DNA of 64,000 nucleotides, taken from the NCBI RefSeq assembly GCF_000143415.4, contig NW_003314261.1, positions 3,526,880-3,590,879 on the forward strand, in the 5' to 3' direction. Below, one piece after another: positions 1-12,800 of the stretch. Each line of letters opens with the position of its first letter. The first letter of the stretch is position 1. The notes under the pieces were generated by a model. That model was given only the letters and a program-made list of their open reading frames with translations, was not told where the DNA came from and did no database searches. The translations under genes and the position numbers were made by a program. Origin of the DNA: Selaginella moellendorffii. Its lineage: Eukaryota; Plantae; Lycopodiophyta.

Positions 1-1422
<1,422 letters not shown>

Positions 1423-1535
1423 AAACCACGAATAATTTGAAGCTGACAACATCTCGTTTTCTTCTCAAGCTGAACCTACGAGACTAAATTATTAGAACAG
1501 AAAAGGTATCGTTTCCGCTATATTCCTTATTCCAG

Positions 1536-1700
1536 GTGAAAAGATGGTGTACCTCATAGCTTGTACCATTAGATCACTCTCTTGGTGGAAAGATGGTGTA
1601 CCTTCTAGCTTGTAGATCACTCACCTTGTGTGAGATTCACTGGGCCAAAAAACATTGTCTCCACATATCTCAAGAGAAAATGGTGTACCTGAGAAGTAGC
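1536..1700. repeat. Degenerate tandem repeat of about 48 bp with core ATGGTGTACCT
   Basis: GGTG(A/G)AAAGATGGTGTACCT..TAGCTTGTA..AGATCACTC at ~1536 and ~1584; a third AAAATGGTGTACCT at ~1677. Confidence 0.7.
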
Positions 1701-1702
1701 TC

Positions 1703-3572
1703 TTAGTTTGCGCCATTGTAGACTCGCACGCGCTGCTGGATCCTCGTTCTGCAAGACGGGCACTCGGCCATCCCCTTCCTCTCGTGCAAATCGTTGCACT
1801 TGACGCACACCACCTGGTGAGCACACGGCAAGAACACCACAGAGATCTCCTCGCACAGGCACATGACGCATTCCCTGTCCCTCCGGACGCCCCACGCCAT
1901 CGGCATCGCGTCCTGCTCGCTCAGGTCCAACAAGCTTAGCTCGCTAGCACCGAACTTGAGCTTGCAAACTTCCTGCTCCAGCTTGTGTATCTCGTCCCTG
2001 TGAGCTCGCAGATCCGCCTCGGACTTCCTCTGTATCCTTTCCACTCTTTGCTTGGCTGCCGCTTCGGCTTTCTCCCTGGCTAGTTTCTCGGCCTCCAAAC
2101 GAAAGAGTGCCTCGTCTTTGGCCTTCTTGTCTTGCCTGCTCCTATCCTGTACAGTGTTCATGGAAGTTAACATATGAATACGAGAGGATTGAAGTTCTTA
2201 CCTCGGCTTGGTGCTGGATTTCCTTCGTTTGCGCCATCTGTTCTTGGAGTTTGGAGAGCTTCCGTCTCTCGGTGGAGAGCTCCTCCTGTAGCTTGGCTCG
2301 CTGCTTTTCCCAATTTTGAGCCGTCTTCAGCAGCTTTCGTTCTTGCTTTGAAGCTTTCACGCTGCTCTCGAACGATTCCGAAGCACTCAGCTTGGTCGCC
2401 TCTAGCTCCGCACGTAGCTCTGCGTTTACGGCTTCGACTTTTTGGAAACCGACTTTAGCTTGGTCCAGCTGACTTGTCAACTTCTGAAACGAACTTTCGA
2501 GCTCCAAGTATTTCTTCGTGTTGCTCTCGCTCGCACGGAAGGCCTCCTCGCGTTCCGCCCTCAGCTTCTTCAGCTCGTTGATATCCTTGCTAAGTCGCTG
2601 CGCTGCCTGAAGCACCTTTGCACGCGCCCACTCGGTCCTCTCTTCCAGCTGCCTGTCCAGATCCGTCACCTTCTCCTCAAGCTCCTTTATGGCCTTGCTC
2701 TTGCTATCCAATGACTCGAAAAGTCTGTTCACGACGTCGATGCCCCGGGGTATATCGCTCTCGGATGTCACTGGCTTTAGCTTGAGATACTTTGGATCAG
2801 CAGTTAACGCGAGCGAGAGCTCGGTGCACGCAGACAAGCACTCTGTCCGCAACTCCTCGTTCATATCTAGCTCATCTTCATCGTCGCTGCTGAAATCGCA
2901 AGTCGGTCTTTGAGGCGTGGACGAAAGATGAGGAGACGCCGGATAAGATGACGAAGAACTCAGAGCGTTGTCTATAGACTCCAAATCCTTGATGGCTGCC
3001 ACGACGTCCAGATCCGACACGAGAAGGCACCACAGAGCGTCAGGCCTAGATAAGCTCGGTCGATCGCTTCTCACAGCTCCGATCATCTTCGCCAGAGCAA
3101 GCCTCTCAAACTCCTCCACCGTAAATTCTCCTGCTGGTACTTTCTTCCGTCCACCGCCACCACCACCTTTCTTCAAGTGGCCTTCGGCAATTTCTATGGT
3201 AGCCGAGAACCTCACGTAGTTTCCACTCGTGACGATGGCATCTGTAGCCTCTTCCGTGCTGTAACCCATCGCCACGAGCTTTCTCACGCCGGTCTCGATC
3301 GTTACCTTGATACTCTCCAGAACTAGATTCTCTAGCTGGGCCTCCGTGTACTCCCCCCAGTCACTGGATTCGCGATACTGGCACCAAGAAACCCCATCGA
3401 CACCCCTGGAAATTCCGCCCGCTTCGCCACCGCCACTCCGATCTTCCAGCTCGCGAGAACGATCGTCGCGCTTCCGTAATCTCGTTCCATTTTCGCCTAG
3501 CTTCCATTTCCCCTTGCTTTTCTCGCCGGGAATCGCATCGCAAGAACAGGCAATCCCGGAGGACGACGACAT
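1703..3572 (-). CDS. RF298/RF4/PIR-like E3 ligase (coiled coil + C-terminal C3HC4 RING), 2 exons
   Basis: WGEYTEAQLENLVLE and DALWCLLVSDLDV motifs, long coiled coil, terminal RECVMCLCEEISVVFLPCAHQVVCVKC...CPSCR. Intron 2147-2201; ATG at 3572. Confidence 0.88.
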
Positions 3573-3925
3573 CGCGCGGAGGATCAAAATCTGCAAGAGC
3601 GGCAGCGCGAAATCTTGGCTAATCGAGGAGGAGGCGAATCGCATCGAGCATACCGGAGAGGATCAAGAGAACGATCCATGGGCTCCCGAGCAATCGCTCC
3701 ACGCGCCATAGAAAAAGAGAGAGGAGAAAGAGAACCCTGCGAGCTAGAGTTCCGCCACAGAATCTACGACCTAAAATCTTTTCTAGGGCAACGTGGCAGG
3801 GTTGTGTCTCAACAGAAACGGTTGAAAGGCATATTGGTATATGTAACGTGTTTGTTTTTCCATTGCTCCGGAAGTGTTATAGGGCAAGCAGTGGGGAGGA
3901 GGCGATCGGGCATGGCGCCGGGGCA

Positions 3926-5655
3926 ATGGAGAGCGTCACAGCGGCTATTGAGCTCCAGATCATCGGCGCCGGCTCGCATTTTCCAGGTAGAAGCCGGGAT
4001 TTCGCCGCGCTTGGATTCGTCCCCTTGAGAAGATTTTCGGTGGATTTCGAGCAGGATTCCAGGTGAGAAGAGCTTAAGGCCGCTGAGAATGGAGGCAGCT
4101 GTTCCCGATGCTAGTTATATCCCTCACCCCAGCATCACGATGCCCGATACCCCCAATTCCTCTCCTCCAGACTCGCCGACGGACTCGAGCCTATCGTCGG
4201 ATCCCCCGGCCGTGTTCACTGAGCAGGTTTTTTCTTTCGATTCTTATGGTTTGTTTTGGCCTCGTCAAACTGACAGCAATGTACTTACAAGCTCTTTCTG
4301 CATCTGACTGACATAGCCACCACCAGGAAGATGAAATGCTAAGAGAACTTGTCAAACGCCATGGAACCAAGAAGTACGTATAGTGTTATTTCTTACTTTC
4401 AAGCTTTCCTTTAGTTTTTTCTGAAGTGGTTCGTTTATGCTCAGGTGGCATATCATTTCAGCTAAAATGCAGAACAAAACTCCTCGTGAATGCCGAAGAA
4501 GGTAACACGATGGCGTTGCTCAAGTTTTTCACTTGCGTTGATATGTTCTTCTGATTTAGATGGCGAACGTACCTACACATGTGTATGAATAAGAGCAGCT
4601 GGAGTGCAGAAGAAGATCGGATGTTACTCGAGGTTTGGCGAAATTTTCAAGTTCCCATAACCAATGACACCGCTTCTGCTTCCAGGGACATAATGCATAT
4701 GGTAATCGCTGGACTGAAATTGCAAAAATGGTGCCGGGGAGGTATGAGTTTCATTACCCACTGTTTTGACGCTAGATTGATCAAGCTTAGGCTTGCAGGA
4801 CAGACAACGCTGTCAAGAACCGCTTTAATGCTCTTTGTAAGAAACGGTCGCATCGGGTTAAGCCAGCAAGCCATGTCACAGACTTATTAGTTGATCACGA
4901 GCACCAGGATGACGCAGATTATAGTAAAGAACCCAAAAGACCAAAGAAGATGGTAGAACACAATGACAACAGGTAAATAGTCGCGCTGTCAATGTTGCCG
5001 AGGCTAACTTTTCGTCTGCAGAGAGGATCTATATAATTCTTTCTTCCCTGTAAGCAGAGCATACGTAAAGCAAAGCTTTTCTATCGGGATTCCAGAGAAT
5101 GACTTTCTTCGTAAGTTGCCAAAACTTGAAAGGGGGAAATGGTCCTCCTCACCCTGCAGAAACACACCCAGGAGTCTGGTAATGAATATATTTGGGCAGC
5201 CATGCTCGCTTGTCTTGTGCTGACCAAAACTTCCTGCTGGCATTCAGATACAGGAGGCGTATCGAGATGTTTCGGTATGTTTCCTGTTGCAGACCCATTG
5301 GCAGCACAGCACGAGGTTTGGCTACTCGTTTAACGATCGAGCGCATAGCTAAAGGCTTTTCTCGTTTCAGAGGGAATATGACAACGGCTCTCCAAGGGAT
5401 GGCCAAGTTGATATGGAGGAGGTGATGGGCTGGCTCATCACTCGAACTCCCACGCCGACGTGCAATGGAAGCGTCCACTCGACCGTCACGTCCTCCACCA
5501 CGACTTCTCCCTGCCGGGCAACCGAGAGCGACAACGTGAGCCAGCGCGAGGCCGTCCAGCATCCAGATGATATCGGAGGACTTGCTTTCGAGTTCCCACA
5601 CGGAGATGCACACTTTGGTGAGCGCTTCTCTTCGACCTCCTCGTTGTCTTGCTGA
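3926..5655 (+). CDS. R2R3-MYB transcription factor, FOUR LIPS/MYB88-like; many short exons
   Basis: Spliced exons give EDEMLRELVKRHGTKKWHIISAKMQNKTPRECRRRWRTYL...WSAEEDRMLLE...[35 protein letters not shown].TYL and LCKKR are FLP/MYB88 signatures. ATG 3926 splices in frame to the 4089 ORF. C-terminal exons are less certain. Confidence 0.82.
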
Positions 5656-6031
5656 TCTTCTCGTGGATTTGCGGCCAGGCGATGGACAATTTGTCCCCAA
5701 GGACGTCGAAGAACTGGTTTTAGTGTTAGCAGCGGACGGTAGCTCGAGGCCGGCATGGGGTCCAATGGAACAACAGCACATACCTTGCTTACTCAAGTAG
5801 AGAGGTGATTCGTTTGGTTCTTATATCTGTACAGGAAGCCAAGCAATTTTGATATCCCCCAAGGCTATCCATAGCTTTGTCAAAATTCGTCCTTGATAGA
5901 TTTGAAAGACACGGATATTCCTAGAATATGCTTTCATCTTAAGCTAAACATGTTTATAGCCTTAAACAAAAAGCTTTAATCTGGTTTAACATGAAGTATA
6001 CGATTTAGGGCGCCAGCGCGGGGATAAGGAA

Positions 6032-7400
6032 ATGCGAGCAGTGGTAGCGAAGGGGCTTGGCGGGCCGGAGGTGCTCGAGCTGCGCGAGGTGCCCGATCCT
6101 GATATTGGCGACGACGAGGTGCTCATCAAGGTCGCGGCCGCGGGAGTGAACCGCGCCGACCTCCTGCAGCTCAAAGGCCAGCACCCTCCGCCGCCGGGAG
6201 CCCCGCCCTACCTGGGCCTCGAGTGCTCCGGCGTGATCGAGCGCCTGGGCGCGCGCGTGGATGGATGGAAAGTCGGGGACGAGGTAAAATGCGCTGAGCC
6301 AAGTCCAGGTGAATTGAGCACTAGTGTCCCGCGAGGTTTCTAGGGGATAGAGGATTCCACTCCGGATAGGCGGCGATGGAGCGAATGGGGCTCACACATC
6401 TTAGTTCTTATGCTGTGAGTGTGGTGCTCGCAGGTGTGCGCGCTCCTGGGGGGCGGGGGCTACGCCGAGAAAGTTGCGGTGGCTGCGAGCCAGCTTCTTC
6501 CAATCCCGCGAGGGGTCTCGCTGCGTGATGCCGCGTCCTTGCCCGAGGTTGCGTGCACGGTGTGGTCCACCGTCTTCATGGCGTGCCACCTCTCCGCCGG
6601 GGAGAGCGTCCTCGTAAGTTAGAACTTCTCTAGAGATTCTTCCATCGCTTAACAAACATGCTGTGCTTGGTGCAACCAGATACATGGCGGCAGCAGCGGG
6701 ATTGGCACCTTTGCCATCCAGATGGCGAAGTCGATTGGAGCCCAAGTCCTTGCTACTGCTGGTGAGTCCCCGTGATCACGTCCTTCTAACCAGTGGGGGC
6801 CGGCTCAGGATCGGAGAAAAAGCTCGACTTGTGCAAGCAGCTGGGAGCGGAGGTGGCGATAAACTACAAGGACGATGATTTCGTCGCGCGCGTGAAAGAG
6901 GCCACCCACGGGGAAGGTTAGCCTTTCCGTGATGTTTTGAGTGGCGGAGCTCCAAGATTATCACTGGATGCCTCTCGCAGGTGTGGACGTGATACTGGAC
7001 ATGGTGGGAGCGTCTTATTTCGAGAGGAACCTGGAGGCCCTCGGCATGGATGGGAGGCTGTTCATAATCGGCTTCCAGGGCGGGGCCTCGGGCCAGCTGA
7101 GTTTGCTGCCGATACTGAAGAAACGGCTGATAGTCTCAGGTAATGCGGGAGAGGAGGGTCTTTCGCTTTGGTTGGCTGAGAGTGTTATTTGAGAACCTGG
7201 CAGCCGCGGGATTGCGGACTCGAGCTCCAGAGAGCAAGGCGCAAATCGTAGCGGAGGTGTGGCAGAATGTGTGGCCGGCGGTGGAGGAAGGCAAGGTGAA
7301 GCCGGTGATTTACAGGGTTTTCCCGCTGGAGGAGGCGGCCCAGGCCTTGCAGCTCATGGTCGCCAACCAGCATTTCGGCAAGATCTTGTTGACGCCCTGA
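6032..7400 (+). CDS. NAD(P)H quinone oxidoreductase, PIG3/zeta-crystallin-type (MDR family), multi-exon
   Basis: GVNRADLLQ, YLGLECSG, GGGYAEKV, HGGSSGIG nucleotide-binding motif, GVDVILDMVG, HFGKILL. Confidence 0.92.
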
Positions 7401-7698
7401 CCTCGGCCATCTTTCCATTAGAATTATGTGAAATGTATATATTAGGGTACAATGCAAGATTTTCAAAAATTCTTTCGAGCACGGAAGGTCTCATGGTATT
7501 TTTACTTTCTGAAGTGACTCCTTGTGAAATTACAACATTCTCAGCCTCATCTTCTACTGCTAGCGGAAGAATAAACACGGATTTATGTCAATCCCTGGCA
7601 ACTAAAGGGAAAGCAAGATTCGTCCCAAAGCACTCCTCCACTCAATTGCAATTATAAAAACACTAAGAAAGCCATAAGAGAAATTTAGGACTTGGAGG

Positions 7699-9504
7699 AT
7701 GAAGCGACCATGGCCCCAAGAGCAAGACTTTGTTTTTGGTGAGAGCGTGCAGGAGCGCGATGCGCTCGAATCGAGACTGGAGGCGGTCTACACTCGTCTT
7801 GGTCCATCCGACACCAGGCTTGCCATCGATGCCAACTTCATCTGGGACACGAGCTCGGTGCTGCACCTCGTCCCGCCCACCAGGGACGCCGCTGCCACCT
7901 CCTACAGCTATGTGGGGCGAGCCCTCGGGGAGAAGCTCTACGCGAGAATCCTAGCCCAGGTGCCGCTCCGGCCGATGCAAGTCTTGGGCGCCAAAGGGTC
8001 CGGAAAGAGCAGGGTGGTGAGCACCATCGCGGGCTATCTCATAGCGTCGAGGCAGCGCCGCGTGGTTTACATCCTCGGCAAGCGATTCGTGCTGAATCCA
8101 CATGCTGTGCTCGTGGACGCGCTGCTCCTGGCGTTTGGGAGGGGCGGGAGGGATGGCGAGCTCGCCAAGCTGGAGAATCTGGAGAGTCTTGTTCTCTGGT
8201 GCCGGGCTCAGAAGAGAGGCTCGCTGCTCTTCGTGGTAGACGAGTGGGACATCTTTGAGAAAACTGGATCGCCGCTCAGAGACGCGCTGCAAGAAGCCAC
8301 CATGTTTCAGGTCCTCGTCACGGTCTCGTCCGTCAACAGCAGGCAGAGGCAACTCTGGGAGGACAGTGACAAGGCCGACGAGGAGATGGAAACGTTCCAC
8401 TTTGACGGGCCTTACAACAGCAGCGAGCTCGCGACTTGGATTGCGCAGTCGAGCCTCGACGGGGTCTCGCAGCTTCAGGACTTGGAGCGCTTGACCGGTG
8501 GAATGCCACTGCTGCTGCGTTTCTACGAGGACGTCAAGGGCAACGAGAAAGACTTCGCGGGAAGGATCCAGGCGGCATATACGCACAAGCTCTACAGCAA
8601 GTTCATCGGGAATCTCGTGAACCGGAGGGAGCTATCGGCTGGAATGGCACTGGTCGTTTCTGGAGAGCGCGGGCACTTACTTACGCAAGACAAGGTGGAC
8701 ATGACGTGCTTCTACTACGATGAGAAGGAGCAACAGTTTCACATCCTCAGCTCTTTCCTGCGCTCGCAAGCTGAGAGCTACATCATGGAGCAGCACGAAA
8801 GCTTGCAAAGCTCGCTCCAGCTCTCGGACATCCAGAGGTGGGCTGCGGCTGTCAGGCTCGACTGTGAGCAAGACCAGGGCCCGAGGAACTCGGCGCGTGT
8901 GGGGTGGAACGTCGAGGGGCTGGTCATCGCTGTGGTACGCTTCCAGAAGCGGCTTTTCGGTCTCGACTTCAAGCACTACAGAGTGTACCGTCACGGCTGC
9001 GAGAGGAACGTTGTCTCGGAGCTGACGATGGAGGAGCTTGTCGAAGGCGTTCTTCTCGGCCCTGCGGCTTTTAATGAGAGAGCGGTGGACCTGATCCTTC
9101 TCAAGCTGGAGAGAAATGGCACTCTAAAGATCATAGCGGTGCAGATAACTGTGGCTGGCTGGAAGACCAAGAGCAAGAAACGAACTCATGAGGCCTGGAA
9201 GACGGAGGTGCTACCGAAATGGATTGTCAAAGGCAACCAGGCGATTCAAGATGACTACTTCGACGTCATGCCGGAGAGTGTTGCATCGGATGGCGACCCT
9301 GCGAGCTTGAGGCGGTTTGCCGACGTGGATAAGTGCCTCCAAGAGTTTGATCTGCTGCTGGAACTGGCCGATCCCAACGAGCGTGCCAAGCAGGAGCTTA
9401 AGCGGTGCAAGGGTCTCACTGCCAGCAACCAACCGTGCAAGAATCAAGCTCGCTGCGACACGGCGGATTACTACTGCAAATCCCACCAGAGCCAGAAAAG
9501 CTAG
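7699..9504 (+). CDS. Intronless Crinkler/CR-type protein: P-loop NTPase + PD-(D/E)xK-like nuclease + C-terminal Cys/His motif
   Basis: 601-aa ORF with YVGR, Walker A GAKGSGKS, RVVYI, Walker B LLFVVDEW, LTGGMPLLL, GWNVE...AVDLILL...AVQITV, and terminal CKGLTASNQPCKN...YYCKSH. TATA-like TATAAAAA at ~7653. Confidence 0.72.
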   Translation: MKRPWPQEQDFVFGESVQERDALESRLEAVYTRLGPSDTRLAIDANFIWDTSSVLHLVPPTRDAAATSYSYVGRALGEKLYARILAQVPLRPMQVLGAKGSGKSRVVSTIAGYLIASRQRRVVYILGKRFVLNPHAVLVDALLLAFGRGGRDGELAKLENLESLVLWCRAQKRGSLLFVVDEWDIFEKTGSPLRDALQEATMFQVLVTVSSVNSRQRQLWEDSDKADEEMETFHFDGPYNSSELATWIAQSSLDGVSQLQDLERLTGGMPLLLRFYEDVKGNEKDFAGRIQAAYTHKLYSKFIGNLVNRRELSAGMALVVSGERGHLLTQDKVDMTCFYYDEKEQQFHILSSFLRSQAESYIMEQHESLQSSLQLSDIQRWAAAVRLDCEQDQGPRNSARVGWNVEGLVIAVVRFQKRLFGLDFKHYRVYRHGCERNVVSELTMEELVEGVLLGPAAFNERAVDLILLKLERNGTLKIIAVQITVAGWKTKSKKRTHEAWKTEVLPKWIVKGNQAIQDDYFDVMPESVASDGDPASLRRFADVDKCLQEFDLLLELADPNERAKQELKRCKGLTASNQPCKNQARCDTADYYCKSHQSQKS

Positions 9505-9834
9505 CTTTGAATGCGTGTTTGGATTGTCACACGACTCTTTCAAATACCATGTCGAGAATTCCCAACAATTTTTCCCTCCACAGGGTTGCCACATATGTTT
9601 TTTTTTGGCATGTATTTGTACTATATGATCAGAAAATAGTGTTTTGTATTGTTTGACAATTGTAAATAATCATAGCTGTTTTTCCTGTTCTAAATTCTTG
9701 TTCTTTTTCTTTTGTGTGTAGCAACATTTGTATTGCATTGTTCAGAGGTCTTTACATTCACATATGCAGTTAATCATACATAACCAAATCATGAATCTGA
9801 TACATTTGTACAAACAAATACAGAGAAAGATAGC

Positions 9835-12800
9835 TTAATCACTGAGCTGGAGAAGCATGGCGACCCCTCTTCGTATCCAGTGATCCGGCGGCATGTCCGT
9901 GGGGAGCTCCACATTAAACACAAAGTTGGAAGAATGCCCGGTGGTGGCCAGCACCCCGCGCCTCTCGGCCGTCCTGTAGAGCGGGCAGTGGTAGCACGGG
10001 AACTCCTTCTTCTTGGACACCTCGCACGGCGACAGCCAGATCTTGGGAGCCGGCGAGTACAAAACCTTTGGCAGCGACTCGGCCAGCATCATCTTCTCAA
10101 AGTCCCAGCGCGCGCCCTCGAGGAACATGCCGTAGATGTAGCACCCGTCCTCGGGCTTCTTGTCCTGCTCCAGGCTCGCCGGCAGGCACTTGAACTCGAA
10201 GCACACGTTGTCGATGGGGATCTTGTACTTGCGCGCGTAGTTCTGGAGCACGCCCGTCAGGAATGCGTGCGTGAAGAAGAAGCCGCTGATCCAGAACTGC
10301 GGCGGAGGACCCCGCTCCGACCACACCTGGAGCATGTTGAGGCGCTGCTGGAGGTCGGCCACGTAGCTCGTCAGCGGCTTGAGCGATGGATACGACTTCC
10401 CGGCCCACATCGCCGGGATCTTGCCGATGTACATGCTGTTGGCCAGTTTCTCGATGTCGGAGGACATGGCCACCAGGCCCTTGAGCGTCCGCTGGAGCGT
10501 GTGTAAGCTTGTTCTGATCACCTGGAGACAAAGCTTGCAAGTGTGAGGAAACAATGCTTAGATCAAGGGTACCTCGGTTAAGTTGTTGTAGCGGGTCATC
10601 TCCTGGTGAAGCACAGAGTTCATGCTCTCCTCGTACCTCACCGGGAAGCGGTAGCGAGCCAGCTCTATGTCGAAAGGCTGCGGGATCCTACTGGCCTGGT
10701 CCTTGGCCAGCTCCAGGAGAACTTCCTCCTTGCTCTGGCCACCACCGCTCGAAGTGCTACTCTGCCATCACAAAACGTATACATACGTGTAAGTTTTGTT
10801 TGCAAGGTGTGAATTCCTTGTTACCTGTGTTGAGAGAATTGAGGACAACAGGAGATCAGTTTCTTGCTGATCTTTGGTGATGTCCGCATTCTCGTGCAAA
10901 CCAAAAGCTTCCGGGGATGCTATCAACGGGAACTGCTTTATATGCTCGATGTACTCGTCGTATTCGAAATCCGGGGGCGCATAATAGATACCGGATGGCG
11001 AAAAAGCATAATCGTCTTCCAGGATCTCCGGAGTATACAGAACGGCCAGCAATGACATGAGAGTTCTCCGGTCGTGTGCATCTGTTACTCGACCTCCGTA
11101 GTTGCATTCACCCGTGAGATACACAAGTGCCTGAAAACACATCACAAATGAGTAATCTTGCTGAGGTAAGCTTTTGCTCACCTTAAACGGAACGACGTCC
11201 GGAAACTCGATCAAAAATGCCTGTAACTGTCTCATACTGATCTTGAGATCAGGATCACTGAACTGATAAGGAATGTTCCAGCCAAGCGGCCCAAACTTGA
11301 CACGTTCCTGAACCGACGCATGGAAGAAGCACAGGCCAAACAACATTTTTCTCCACACAGGTCCTTTCTCTCCTTGGAACTCGAAAAAGGCCGGGTCGCT
11401 GATGGGATAGCTCTGGTAACTCTGCATTCCAGCAAAAAGTTGCATTACAGGAAACTGTCGAAAAAGATGGCCAAACCTGGAGCATGTTTGCTCGCAATCC
11501 TTTCGGAGATTCATTAGTCATCTTGATACCACTCTGCAGGATAGCCACCGGGAAGTGTTCAGCTGGATAGCTTGTTAGCCACAGCCGAAATCCCGCATTC
11601 GTGGTATCCGGACTCATGCCTTCAGATATACGCTCTAGCTGTGGCATCCATGAAGCTGCCAAATGACAGTTTTGTAGCACCACCCAGAAACCAAGTTGCA
11701 TTCCCATTTGTATCATCTGAGAAGCTTTTGGGCCTTGGCCTTGTCCAAGTGAAATACTTTGAACCTGTGAGTATCAAGTATACGTGAAAAAGTGGATCAA
11801 AGACAGTAAGAAAGTCCTACCTCCTGTTTGATCTCCTCTGCGAACTTCAGCAAAGCTGCCATTGGATCCGATCCAGGCGACAGTACAAAAATGAGCGGAA
11901 CAACTGGAGTCGAGTCCTTATATGCACCTTCCAAGTCAAATGCTGGAGGTTCAACATACCTCTGACCCATTGTCTCCAGAACAAACGTGTTGATACCCGT
12001 AACAATTTTGTCTGGCCGTATCACTCGCAAGACAAGTAGTTTCTGGAACGGATTGAGGGTTGTACCCCAGTTTCCAGGAAGTGGTTCTTTGTGAGGCTGA
12101 GGACTGTCATAAATATGTCTCCACCTCTCTGAATCTTCTTGAAAGAATTTGCTAAAACCCTGTCAAGGACATGTTAGCCGGCCAAAAGAAGTTCACAAAA
12201 ACGTACCGCAAACGCTGGAAACTTGGAAAGTTGAACCATTTCAAGCCAGAGCTTGTCTGCCAACCATTTCGATGGATTCTTCGGAGGATCTCGCTCCATA
12301 ATTACGGAGCCAGCAATTAGAAACCGGAACTCTTCGGCGTTCAGCTGCTTATCCTTCTCCATGAGAGTGGTACAAATTAAGAAGGACAAAAGTAGTTTAT
12401 CCTTCTCAAAAACGCTTCTTGAGACACTGCAGTAGAGCAAAAACGTGAAGAAGTCATTGAGAATGGTTATCCGTTTGTCAAGCACGTCCGATTTCTCGGA
12501 GTCTTTCATTGCCTGCTGAAAAAGGTTGAGATACCTGCACAGGCAGCAAGAAAATAAGATGCTGCACTGAAAAGAAAGACAGCTTACCAAGTCAGAGAAT
12601 ATTGATACATAGGATCAATATTACACAGGCTCAAGACCGTGAAAAATAGGCACGACACATGCACAGAAACGGGAACATATCCTTTACGGGCTTCATCAAT
12701 CTTTGCTTCTGTTTTTTCTGCCACCTTTTGCTTCTCCGCAATTTCAATGGACAGAACCTTGGACGAAGAAATAATGTTGATAGCAGTTTCATTTTCTAGG

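Noticed and set aside
7692-7701. GGAGG directly before the ATG of the Crinkler-like gene, suggesting a bacterial RBS or contamination
   Set aside because: No spacing to the ATG; a TATA-like box is present and both flanks are intron-containing plant genes.
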